Assembly (NCBI RefSeq): GCF_017876815.1
Contig: NZ_JAGIOS010000001.1
Coordinates: forward strand, 1,890,001-1,922,000
Reading direction: 5' to 3'
Length of the DNA: 32,000 nt
From: Sinorhizobium meliloti
GTDB lineage: Bacteria; Pseudomonadota; Alphaproteobacteria; Rhizobiales; Rhizobiaceae
Shown here in pieces: positions 1 through 12,561 of the stretch; position 1 is the first letter of the stretch; every line of letters begins with the position of its first letter. The notes under the pieces are model-generated. The model was not told the origin of the DNA, made no database searches, and saw nothing but the letters and a program-made list of their open reading frames with translations. A program made the translations under genes and the position numbers.

Positions 1-2
1 GC

Positions 3-725
3 CGTATCGATCAGGTGTTCGAGGCGATGAAGTCGATCGGCTTCGAGGCTCTGATCTACGACTATACGCCGGTGCCCCGCGATCTCGACGGCACGATCAT
101 GGTCCCGTCGCTGCTGAAACTTCGCAACATCTCGGAAGACATGCACGACTACTGGTTCGATCGCGGCTATTTCCGCATCGATCCCGTGCAGCAGGTGGCG
201 CTGCGCACGTCGACGCCGTTCTTTTGGAACTATGATCCCGATGCGGACACGCTGATCAGGCGCTTCATGAGCGATGATACGGCGCCTGTCGCCCGCTACC
301 TGAGCGAACGCGACATGTCGACCGGCGTCACCGTTCCGGTCCACATGCCGCGCGGCGACTATGCGACCGTCACGGGCGTGCGTTTCGGCGGCAATCGCGC
401 ATTCGAGGGGCATGCGCTGCGGTACATCGCCGATTTCAACCTGCTCGCCCATGTGTTTCACGAGGCGGCCTATTCGCTGTTCGACGCGCAGGCCTTCAAC
501 GCCGGCACCGCGAGGCTGACGGAGCGGGAGCGCGAATGCCTTCGCTATTCCGCCGAGGGCCACTCGGCCAAGGAAATTTCCCGTATCATCCACCGCTCTG
601 TGCCGACTGTCGTCATGCACCTCAACGCCGCGGCCAAGAAACTCGGTGCGAAGAACCGAACCCAGGCGGTTGTGCGCGCCACGCACTACCGCCTGCTCGA
701 AGAGCGCCCATCCTATAACTTGTGA
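3..725 (+). CDS. nesR: LuxR-family solo regulator (autoinducer-binding-type domain plus C-terminal LuxR/GerE HTH), probably 5'-partial at the window edge
   Basis: The ORF track entry 15..725 starts at a GTG, but the frame stays open back to nt 3. A hand alignment to TraR leaves the N-terminus about 20-25 residues short, so the true start is probably upstream of the window. The C-terminus '[52 protein letters not shown]' is a LuxR/GerE HTH. The ligand-pocket pattern is M-x3-W-x8-DP-x13-W. The symbol comes from my recollection of the S. meliloti solo next to pip and gltB and is unverified. Confidence 0.8.
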   Translation, partial: RIDQVFEAMKSIGFEALIYDYTPVPRDLDGTIMVPSLLKLRNISEDMHDYWFDRGYFRIDPVQQVALRTSTPFFWNYDPDADTLIRRFMSDDTAPVARYLSERDMSTGVTVPVHMPRGDYATVTGVRFGGNRAFEGHALRYIADFNLLAHVFHEAAYSLFDAQAFNAGTARLTERERECLRYSAEGHSAKEISRIIHRSVPTVVMHLNAAAKKLGAKNRTQAVVRATHYRLLEERPSYNL

Positions 726-778
726 TAGCTGCCACGGCTCGAAACCCCGCGTTATGTTGCCTCCGTTGTCCGTCAGAC

Positions 779-1702
779 ATGGAGATGCACGTGGCCGCCG
801 TCGCGTCGAAGGAAGCCTTCCTGCCCTTTCGCGAATACCAGACCTGGTATCGCATCACCGGTTCGCTCGGCAGCGGCAAGCTGCCGCTCGTCGTTGCCCA
901 TGGCGGACCGGGCTGCACCCATGACTACGTGGATTCCTTCAAGGGGATCAGCGAGATCGACGGACGCGCCGTCATTCACTACGACCAGCTCGGCAACGGC
1001 AACTCCACGCGCCTTCCGGACAAGGGCCCGGATTTCTGGACGCCCGCCCTGTTCCTCGGGGAACTCGACGCGCTGCTGAAGCATCTGGGCATCCAGGATC
1101 GCTATGCCTTTCTCGGACAGTCCTGGGGCGGCATGCTGGGTGCGGAACATGCGGTTCTAAAGCCTGCGGGGCTGAAGGCGCTGGTCATCGCCAATTCGCC
1201 GGCCAACATGCATACCTGGGTGGCGGAAGCCAATCGCCTGCGCGAGGAACTGCCGCAGGCGGTTCAGGATACGCTGCTCAGGCATGAGCAGGCCGGCACG
1301 ATTACCGATCCGGAATACATCGCCGCCTCTCGCGTCTTCTACGACCGCCATGTCTGCCGCGTCACGCCGTGGCCGGCGGAAGTCGCGCGCACCTTTGCGA
1401 TCATGGACGAAGATAATACGGTCTATCGCAACATGAACGGCCCGACCGAGTTCCACGTAATAGGTACGATGAAGGACTGGACGATCGAGGACCGGCTGAT
1501 GCGGATCGAAGCGCCGACCCTCTTGATTTCCGGAAAATACGACGAAGCCACGCCGCTCGTCGTCAAGCCGTATGTGGATCGCGTGAAGGGCTGCGAATGG
1601 GTGCTGTTCGAGCATTCCAGCCACATGCCGCATGTGGAGGAGAAGGCCTTGTGCCTGGAAACGGTCTCTCGATTCCTGTCATCCCACGATACCGAGGCTT
1701 GA
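779..1702 (+). CDS. pip: Proline iminopeptidase (alpha/beta hydrolase, S33 family)
   Basis: '[10 protein letters not shown]' oxyanion motif and 'GQSWGG' nucleophile elbow (GxSxG). Length is about 307 aa from the first ATG at 779; the track ORF starts at 722 with a non-ATG codon. Alternative starts are ATG 785 or GTG 791. No clear SD. Confidence 0.85.
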   Translation: MEMHVAAVASKEAFLPFREYQTWYRITGSLGSGKLPLVVAHGGPGCTHDYVDSFKGISEIDGRAVIHYDQLGNGNSTRLPDKGPDFWTPALFLGELDALLKHLGIQDRYAFLGQSWGGMLGAEHAVLKPAGLKALVIANSPANMHTWVAEANRLREELPQAVQDTLLRHEQAGTITDPEYIAASRVFYDRHVCRVTPWPAEVARTFAIMDEDNTVYRNMNGPTEFHVIGTMKDWTIEDRLMRIEAPTLLISGKYDEATPLVVKPYVDRVKGCEWVLFEHSSHMPHVEEKALCLETVSRFLSSHDTEA

Positions 1703-1732
1703 TAAGGAGACGCGCCGTTTCGTTTGTGCTCT

Positions 1733-2728
1733 TCAGGTGAGGGTAGCCGGGATAGCGGTTCCTTCGAGCTCTGCCGCCTTGGCGGCATAACGCTGGGCAA
1801 TGACCGCACAGGCCATCAACTGAATCTGATGGAACAGCATGACCGGCAGAACGATCATGCCGATGTTCTGCCCGGCGAAGATCGCGCTTGCCATCGGAAT
1901 GCCGCTCGCCAGGCTCTTCTTCGATCCGCAGAAGGTGATGGCGATTTCGTCCGCGCGGTCGAACCCGAGCAGCCGGCTACCGAATGTGGTGGCCGTCAGA
2001 ATAAGCGCGAGGAGGACGATCTCGATAGCGATGAGGATCGTAAGGTCGCTCAGCGTGAAGGCGTGCCAGAGGCCGGCCGTGACGGCCTGGCTGAAAGCCA
2101 GGTAGACGACCATCAGGATCGAACCGCGGTCGACCGGCGCGAGCAGTTTCTTGCGGGCGCGAATCCAGTCGCCGATCCAGGGCTGCAGGATCTGGCCTGC
2201 GACGAAGGGGGCAAGCAGCTGCAGGAGGATCTGTTCGATCGCGTCGAGCGATACGCCGCCATGTCCGCCGGCCGAGAAGATGACGCCGACGAGAAGCGGC
2301 GTCAGGAACACGCCCAAGATGTTGGAGGCCGATGCGGCGCAGACGGCTGCCGGAACATTGCCGCCGGCCATCGACGTGAATGCGATCGACGACTGTACCG
2401 TCGAGGGCAGAACGCAGAGGAAAAGGATGCCGGTATAGAGCGACGGCGGCAGGATCCATGGCGGGACGAAACCGATGAGGAGTCCGATGAGCGGGAAAAG
2501 GGCGAAAGTCGAAAAGAGAATCGCAATGTGCAGCCGCCAATGCAGGAAGCCGGCAATGACGACCTCGCGCGAAAGCCGTGCGCCATGAAGAAAGAAGATC
2601 AGGCCGACACCCAGCTTTGTCGCGATTGCGAACCAGGCCGCGGCGGTACCGTCGATGGGCAAAACCGCTGCGAGAGCGACTGTCAGCATCAGGAGGATGG
2701 TAAAGGTGTCGGGGAGATAACGGCGCAT
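1733..2728 (-). CDS. Bile acid:sodium symporter (BASS/SBF-like, YfeH-type) family membrane transporter
   Basis: Polytopic hydrophobic protein resembling YfeH/SBF-like proteins: 'MRRYLPDTFTILLMLTVALAAVLP...GLIFFLHGARLSRE'. I place the start at ATG 2728 (MRRYLPD) rather than the track start at 2767. Confidence 0.8.
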   Translation of the reverse strand: MRRYLPDTFTILLMLTVALAAVLPIDGTAAAWFAIATKLGVGLIFFLHGARLSREVVIAGFLHWRLHIAILFSTFALFPLIGLLIGFVPPWILPPSLYTGILFLCVLPSTVQSSIAFTSMAGGNVPAAVCAASASNILGVFLTPLLVGVIFSAGGHGGVSLDAIEQILLQLLAPFVAGQILQPWIGDWIRARKKLLAPVDRGSILMVVYLAFSQAVTAGLWHAFTLSDLTILIAIEIVLLALILTATTFGSRLLGFDRADEIAITFCGSKKSLASGIPMASAIFAGQNIGMIVLPVMLFHQIQLMACAVIAQRYAAKAAELEGTAIPATLT

Positions 2729-2770
2729 GGTGCTTGCCGTGTAAGCCCATCCGGAAGCCGGATGCAAGCC

Positions 2771-2888
2771 CTAGATCATGTTCATGTTTTTAGGCCGGGT
2801 CGGCCTAAAAACATGAACATGATCTATTCCAGGAAGTTGAGACGCCGGATGCGGGCGGAAAACTGCACAGATTTTTCCTCATCCCGCT
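2771..2888 (-). repeat. Modular intergenic repeat, copy A (hairpin module plus 'GCGGGATGAGGAAAA...CATCCCGC' module), RIME/Sm-repeat-like
   Basis: 2772-2797 'tagatcatgttcatgtttttaggccg' and 2801-2826 'cggcctaaaaacatgaacatgatcta' are perfect 26-nt inverted arms around a 3-nt loop. This is followed by 'ggatgcgggcggaaaactgcacagatttttcctcatcccgctc'. Copy A is the reverse complement of copy C (21309-21425), with about 90% identity over about 92 nt by hand count. Confidence 0.85.
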
Positions 2889-2961
2889 CTATCGGCCGCG
2901 ATGCGCGGCGCATTCGAACGATTTCATGCGGCGCGCTTCGATATCTGCCGTGCGGCCCGCA

Positions 2962-4008
2962 TCAGCAGGCGGCGACGAAACGGTCGACGTCCTCGGCGCG
3001 GGTGGCGAAGCTGGTAACCAGGCGATAGAGCCCTTCGTCTTCCGCGAGGCTGCCTTCGAGATCGTGCGGCACTTCCCAATCGTAGAAAAGCGCGCCCTGC
3101 CGCTGCAGCCGACCCGCGGCCTCCCGTTTCAGCACGACGAAGACCTCGTTGGCATCGGGCGCCCAGGCAAGCCGGCTCCCGGCCGAAGCGGTGATGCCGT
3201 CGGCGAGGCGCTGTGCCATCGCGTTGGCGTGGCGCGCAAGATCGAGCCAGAGATCGCCGGCAAGATAGGCGTCGAACTGGGCGGCGACGAAGCGCGACTT
3301 GGAGAAGAGTTGAGCCGAGCGCTTGCGCAGGAAGTGCATCTCCTGCGCCTTCGAAAGGTCGAAGAGCACCAGCGCCTCGGCGCACCAGCAGCCGTTCTTG
3401 GTTCCGCCGAACGAAAGCAGATCGACGCCACGCTTCCAGGTCATCTCGGCCGGTGTCGTACCAAGGCTGACCAGGGCATTGGCGAAACGGGCGCCATCCA
3501 TGTGCAGCGGCAGTTTATGGGAGCGGGCGATCGAACCGATCGTTTCGATCTGGTCGAGCGAATAGACGGTGCCGCTCTCGGTCGCCTGCGTCAGCGTCAC
3601 CGCCATCGGCTGACCGCCATGGACGTTCTCCCTCGGGAGCCGCCGAATTTCGGCCTCGAGCTTCGCCGGCTCCATCCTGCCGCGGGCGCCCTCGACCGGG
3701 CACAGCCTCGCGCCGTGCGAGAAGAACTCCGGCGCGCCGCACTCGTCGACGTTCACATGCGCTTCGCGATGGCAGAAAGCGATTCCGCCCGCCCGATTGG
3801 CGCTCGAAAGCGCAAGGGAATTTGCGGCGGTTCCGGTGCCCACGAAGAATACCGCGACGTCCCTCTCGAAAATCTCCGAAAATCTCTGTTCCACCCTCCG
3901 GTCGAGTTCGCTCGTGCCGTAGGCGGAAGCATAGCCCTGCGCATTCGCGACCAGACTTTCGGCAATCGCCGGATGGGCGCCGGCCCAGTTGTCGGAGGAG
4001 AAGATCAT
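2962..4008 (-). CDS. Low-specificity L-threonine aldolase (PLP-dependent, beta-eliminating lyase family)
   Basis: 'MIFSSDNWAGAHPAI...GTGTAANSLAL...SFGGTKNG' (PLP-lysine motif). About 348 aa from ATG 4008. The track ORF's extra 74 N-terminal codons (to 4230) look non-coding. Confidence 0.88.
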   Translation of the reverse strand: MIFSSDNWAGAHPAIAESLVANAQGYASAYGTSELDRRVEQRFSEIFERDVAVFFVGTGTAANSLALSSANRAGGIAFCHREAHVNVDECGAPEFFSHGARLCPVEGARGRMEPAKLEAEIRRLPRENVHGGQPMAVTLTQATESGTVYSLDQIETIGSIARSHKLPLHMDGARFANALVSLGTTPAEMTWKRGVDLLSFGGTKNGCWCAEALVLFDLSKAQEMHFLRKRSAQLFSKSRFVAAQFDAYLAGDLWLDLARHANAMAQRLADGITASAGSRLAWAPDANEVFVVLKREAAGRLQRQGALFYDWEVPHDLEGSLAEDEGLYRLVTSFATRAEDVDRFVAAC

Positions 4009-4283
4009 CTGAAGCTTACCCTGTTTACATCGAGCCACGCGGCGCGCAGAGGCGCGCCGGCGCGACCATAGCCGAGTCCCGTCGGCAAGCAAGCGGCTGC
4101 GCTTAACTGTGCCTACCTTGAGTGCCAACCGGAGACCAGTTTGAAACCAAAGTAAAGAAAGTGCCCGGTGCCGGTAATTAAATTTCAAAACCGCGCAATT
4201 TCCGGCAATGTTCGGCAAAATCTCTCGCATTATTTGCGGCCGAGGCCCTTGCGAAGGGGGGCGGTTTCTGGCATAGAGCGCAT

Positions 4284-4312
4284 GAAATAGGACAGGTTTG
4301 CTGTCCTATTTC
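4284..4312. promoter_or_regulatory. Perfect 12-bp-arm AT-rich palindrome in the threonine aldolase/gltB divergent region (candidate operator or RNA hairpin)
   Basis: 'gaaataggacag' (4284-4295), loop 'gtttg', then 'ctgtcctatttc' (4301-4312). No U-tract on either strand, so it is not a classical terminator. Confidence 0.4.
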
Positions 4313-4586
4313 GGTCTAGGGGCCGGAACAATCGCCGGAAGCACCGTGAAAAGCGGCAGCCGGCGTGGAGCGCGAGGGGGTTTCGCCGGATTTCATCCGG
4401 TCGTTATTCCTTGGCGTCAGTATGGTCGCGGACATCAGTGCCTGACGCGGCCGCGCTTCATTTGCGACCTGATCAGGATCATGCGACGATAATGCCCCGG
4501 CTTGCCGCCGTGCGAAAAGCGCCATGCGGCAACTGCGTGCGGGCCGCGTTATGCCCGGAATCGCCGGGTTCAACAGGAGGGAAAAG

Positions 4587-9311
<4,725 letters not shown>

Positions 9312-9363
9312 CCGGCCCTCGTGAAAACGGCTCCCGGCCCGATCGGGTTCAGGGGGCCATCAC

Positions 9364-9380
9364 GCGCGCTCGAGGCGCGC
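9364..9380 (+). other. GC hairpin in the gltB-gltD intercistronic spacer
   Basis: 'gcgcgc' / loop 'tcgag' / 'gcgcgc', followed by 'ctgttgagattg'. It could be an intra-operon attenuator or processing structure. Weak evidence. Confidence 0.25.
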
Positions 9381-9411
9381 CTGTTGAGATTGAAGATGTC
9401 AGGATCATAAG

Positions 9412-10869
9412 ATGGGCAAGGTTACTGGGTTTTTGGAGATCGACCGGCAGGTGGCGAAGTACCAGCCGGCATCCGACCGCATCCGCCATTTCCGCGAATT
9501 CACCATTCCGATGTCCGACCAGGAAGTGCAGAAGCAATCCGCTCGCTGCATGGACTGCGGCATCCCCTATTGCCATGGGCCGACCGGGTGCCCGGTGCAC
9601 AACCAGATCCCCGACTGGAACGATCTCGTCTATAACGGCAATTGGGACGAGGCGATCCGCAACCTGCACTCCACCAACAACTTCCCGGAATTCACCGGCC
9701 GCGTCTGCCCGGCGCCCTGCGAGGAAGCCTGCACGCTGAACCTCGAAGACGTGCCGGTGGCGATCAAGACGATCGAGCAGGCGATCGCCGACAAGGCCTA
9801 TGAGATGGGCTATATCGTGCCGCAGCCCGCCGTGACCAAGACCGGCAAGAAGGTCGCGGTCATCGGCTCCGGGCCGGCCGGCATGGCGGCTGCCCAGCAG
9901 CTGGCGCGCGCCGGCCACGAGGTGCATGTCTACGAACGCGAGTCCAAGCCCGGCGGGCTGCTGCGCTACGGAATCCCGGACTTCAAGATGGAGAAGAACT
10001 TCATCGACCGGCGTGTCGAGCAGATGCGGGGCGAGGGCGTGACCTTCCATTGCGGCGTCAATGTCGGTGTCGATGTCGCGGTGCAAAAGCTCGTCGATGA
10101 AAACGACGCCGTGCTCTATTGCGGCGGCTCCGAGACGCCGCGCGACGCCGACATTCCCGGCGTGGAGTTCTTCGGCGTGCACGACGCCATGCCTTATCTG
10201 GTACAGCAGAACCGTCGCGTCGGCCGCGAGAACATCGACAGCGTGGGCTGGCCGTCCGAGCCGATCCTCGCCGGCGGCAAGCACGTCGTCGTCGTCGGCG
10301 GCGGCGACACGGCATCGGACTGTGTCGGTACCGCCTTCCGCCAGGGCGCCGTCAAGGTGACCCAGCTCGACATTCGTCCGCAACCGCCCGAGAAGGAAGA
10401 CAAGCTTGCGGTTTGGCCCTTCTGGGCAACGAAGATGCGCACCTCCTCCAGCCAGGCCGAGGGCGCTGTCCGCGAGTTCCAGGTCGCGACGCTCGAGTTT
10501 GTCGGCGACGAGGACGGCAATCTCACCGGCGTCAAATGCTGTCAGGTCGACGAGCGCCGCAAGCCGATCGCCGGTACCGAGTTCATCATCAAGGCCGATC
10601 TCGCCTTCATCGCGATCGGTTTCCGTGGTCCCTTCGCAGACAGCGTGCTCAAGGATCTCGGCGAGAAGCTGACGGTCAACACCGACCGCCGCGGTTCGAC
10701 CAATGTCGTCGCCAACGAGCGCGACTACAGGACTTCGGTCGACAAATTGTGGGCGGCAGGCGACATTCGCCGCGGCCAGTCGCTCGTCGTATGGGCGATC
10801 CGCGAAGGCCGGCAGGCGGCACGCGCGATCGACGAGGCGCTGATGGGCTCGACGGTGCTGCCGCGGTAG
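9412..10869 (+). CDS. gltD: Glutamate synthase (NADPH) small subunit
   Basis: Fe-S Cys clusters '[14 protein letters not shown]' and 'CPAPCEEAC'. Dinucleotide folds '[14 protein letters not shown]' and '[13 protein letters not shown]'. 485 aa. Confidence 0.97.
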   Translation: MGKVTGFLEIDRQVAKYQPASDRIRHFREFTIPMSDQEVQKQSARCMDCGIPYCHGPTGCPVHNQIPDWNDLVYNGNWDEAIRNLHSTNNFPEFTGRVCPAPCEEACTLNLEDVPVAIKTIEQAIADKAYEMGYIVPQPAVTKTGKKVAVIGSGPAGMAAAQQLARAGHEVHVYERESKPGGLLRYGIPDFKMEKNFIDRRVEQMRGEGVTFHCGVNVGVDVAVQKLVDENDAVLYCGGSETPRDADIPGVEFFGVHDAMPYLVQQNRRVGRENIDSVGWPSEPILAGGKHVVVVGGGDTASDCVGTAFRQGAVKVTQLDIRPQPPEKEDKLAVWPFWATKMRTSSSQAEGAVREFQVATLEFVGDEDGNLTGVKCCQVDERRKPIAGTEFIIKADLAFIAIGFRGPFADSVLKDLGEKLTVNTDRRGSTNVVANERDYRTSVDKLWAAGDIRRGQSLVVWAIREGRQAARAIDEALMGSTVLPR

Positions 10870-10914
10870 GCTGCCTAGGGCACAGCCCCCGCCTCCCGCA
10901 AGCGGGAGGCAGCC
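10869..10914. other. GC-rich hairpin immediately after the gltD stop codon
   Basis: Core 'gcctcccgc' (10891-10899) / 'aa' / 'gcgggaggc' (10902-10910), with outer 'ggctgcc'/'ggcagcc' pairing. No U-tract. It may be part of the adjacent mosaic repeat or a terminator-like structure. Confidence 0.4.
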
Positions 10915-10927
10915 TGTGGCACGGGCG

Positions 10928-11102
10928 CCCCTCATCCGCCTGCCGGCACCTTCTCCCCGTTTGACGGGGAGAAGGGACTCGCGGCACACTCTCAAGTCCC
11001 CCTCTCCTCTTGTGGACCGCAGCGGGTGAGAGGGAGCGAGCGTGCACCGCTTGCCCCTTCGCCCCGCCTGCGGGGAGAAGGTGCCGGCAGGCGGATGAGG
11101 GG
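10928..11102. repeat. Mosaic intergenic element with a perfect 32-bp inverted repeat (rhizobial RIME/REP-like)
   Basis: 10928-10959 'cccctcatccgcctgccggcaccttctccccg' is the exact reverse complement of 11071-11102. Nested local hairpins: 'cttctccccg-tttga-cggggagaag' (10950-10974) and 'ccccgc-ct-gcgggg' near 11062-11075. Confidence 0.8.
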
Positions 11103-11140
11103 CAGAGGCGGTGTTCCCGGCGAGCCCGATTTCCGCATTA

Positions 11141-11203
11141 GAGCGGGATGAGGAAAAGTGTGCGCGGTTTTCCGCCCGCATCCCGCGTCACATCGTGATC
11201 TAG
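11141..11203 (+). repeat. Modular intergenic repeat, copy B (internal-deletion derivative of copy C)
   Basis: The first 49 nt 'gagcgggatgaggaaaagtgtgcgcggttttccgcccgcatcccgcgtc' are identical to 21309-21357. The last 14 nt 'acatcgtgatctag' are identical to 21411-21424. The 53 nt between them in copy C are absent. Confidence 0.85.
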
Positions 11204-12459
11204 CGTGTGGTGCCGGCTTGCCCCTGCTTCGTCAGCCGGAAATCGTCGATACGCCCGGGCGGCGCGACGACCACCTCGCCCTTTTCGATGAGCCGGTCGC
11301 GCGGGCTCTTGCCCGTGCTCTTGAGGGGCGTGTCGCCGCCGAGAAGGGCGGTCGCTCCGTCGAGTTCGGGATCGATGAGGCTGATCGGCTGCGTCTTGAT
11401 GATATCTTTGTTGGCAAGCGGCTTGCTGACGACCAGGTCCTTCAGGCCTTCCGCACCCGGAACGTCCGTCGTCGCGGCCGCTTCGCCCAATAGCTTGCGG
11501 ATATCCTTTTCGACGTAGAAGGCCAGTTTTCGCTTGCCGGCCTTCGTCAGGTTGATGCCGTCAGACCCCCTGAGGCGGACCTGCTGGCCGTTGATGTCGG
11601 AGCCGGTCAGAACGAACTTCCCCCCTTCATCGACGAAGCCGTCCCAGATGTCGATGAACTGGCCGCCGACCTTCTCCACCTCTTCGCGGTAGATGCCGTT
11701 GAACGTCACCATGTCGGCGGTCATGGACGTCGACTGGAAGGACGGCATTCCGACCCAGAGGACCGGAAGATTATCCTTGCGCGCGAACGTCGCCAGCGCG
11801 TTGACGCGCTTGCGGTATTCTTCCGTCCAGGCGTCGGTCCGGAACTTCTCCTGCACGTCGCCGATCCGCATCATCTGGCGATCATTGGCGCCGAGGCTCA
11901 CGACGATGACGGCGGGCTTGAGTTCCGCGATGGCGTCCGGCAGCGCCTTGGGCCAGTCGAAATAGTCGTCGCGGACGATACCCGAGGAGCCGTTGGCGCG
12001 CGTCTCGATCACGATGCCGGGCGTCGTTTCGAACGCAACTTTCAAACCGTCACCAAGGCTGCCGGCAACGAAGTCTCCGACGACCAGGACCTTCTTGGCG
12101 TCCGGAGATTTCTCCACGACGACCGGCGCGGGCGGCGGTGCTGCGGCTGGCCGCGGCTTGGCCCGGCTCGGGCGAGACTGCCTTGGCTCCGAAGGTTGCG
12201 CCCGGCGCTTCTGTATGCGCTGCGGCCGCGGCTGGCGCCGAAGATCGTATTGATCCTCGTAATAGACGCGCCTTTGCGGCGTGAAGACGCCGAAGAGTCT
12301 TTGCAGCACGTTGCGCCGCGGCACCCGCTCCTGCGCCTCGGCCACAGTGGCAAAGAAGCCGGCGGCGACCATCGCCGCGGCGCCGAGCAAGACGGGAGCC
12401 AGCCGAAGCAAACGCGAAAACAGTCCCTTTCCCCGGGATAGGATCGTCAGCATGATCAT
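11200..12459 (-). CDS. DUF459/SGNH-fold (GDSL-like) exported protein with an N-terminal TM/signal segment and an Arg/Pro-rich linker; catalytic motifs appear degenerate
   Basis: SGNH blocks can be recognised: I 'VLVVGDFVAGS', II 'ANGSSG', III 'GANDRQ', V 'GSDGINLT'. Hydrophobic N-terminus 'LAPVLLGAAAMVAAGFFATVAEA'. Start taken at ATG 12459 (alternative 12453); the track start at 12489 is TTG. The stop codon lies inside repeat copy B. Confidence 0.8.
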   Translation of the reverse strand: MIMLTILSRGKGLFSRLLRLAPVLLGAAAMVAAGFFATVAEAQERVPRRNVLQRLFGVFTPQRRVYYEDQYDLRRQPRPQRIQKRRAQPSEPRQSRPSRAKPRPAAAPPPAPVVVEKSPDAKKVLVVGDFVAGSLGDGLKVAFETTPGIVIETRANGSSGIVRDDYFDWPKALPDAIAELKPAVIVVSLGANDRQMMRIGDVQEKFRTDAWTEEYRKRVNALATFARKDNLPVLWVGMPSFQSTSMTADMVTFNGIYREEVEKVGGQFIDIWDGFVDEGGKFVLTGSDINGQQVRLRGSDGINLTKAGKRKLAFYVEKDIRKLLGEAAATTDVPGAEGLKDLVVSKPLANKDIIKTQPISLIDPELDGATALLGGDTPLKSTGKSPRDRLIEKGEVVVAPPGRIDDFRLTKQGQAGTTR

Positions 12460-12501
12460 TTCACCGTCGAATGGCAGACACTCCCGCAAGCATACGCCAG
12501 A

Positions 12502-12539
12502 TCACGGCGATTGGCACCGTTTGATGGGAATCGCCGTGA
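12502..12539 (-). other. Intercistronic hairpin between the transglycosylase and SGNH genes
   Basis: 'tcacggcgatt' (12502-12512) and 'aatcgccgtga' (12529-12539) are perfect 11-nt inverted arms with a 16-nt loop. No U-tract. Confidence 0.45.
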
Positions 12540-12561
12540 CCGGAGAAAGCGACGGGTGTGT

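Noticed and set aside
714-727. Imperfect palindrome 'tataacttgtgata' spanning the luxR stop codon, considered as a lux-box-like site for the pip promoter.
   Set aside because: Only 10 of 14 positions are symmetric, it bears no resemblance to the CTG-N10-CAG lux-box core, and such a weak palindrome is expected by chance. It is mentioned only as a place to look experimentally.
4009-4230. N-terminal extensions in the ORF track. Examples: threonine aldolase to 4230, gltB from 4524, hss to 23665, 5'-nucleotidase to 21232, pabC to 25696, TacA-like from 28651, galU from 14061.
   Set aside because: The homologous protein cores start at internal ATG or GTG codons that have good SD sequences. The extensions are basic, low-complexity sequence or overlap neighbouring genes.
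4298-4573. Small ORFs in the gltB upstream region: 4298..4492(+) at 64 aa, 4316..4573(-) at 85 aa, and 4502..4720(+).
   Set aside because: No SD sequences, Arg/Gly-rich composition and mutual overlap. There is no support for coding.
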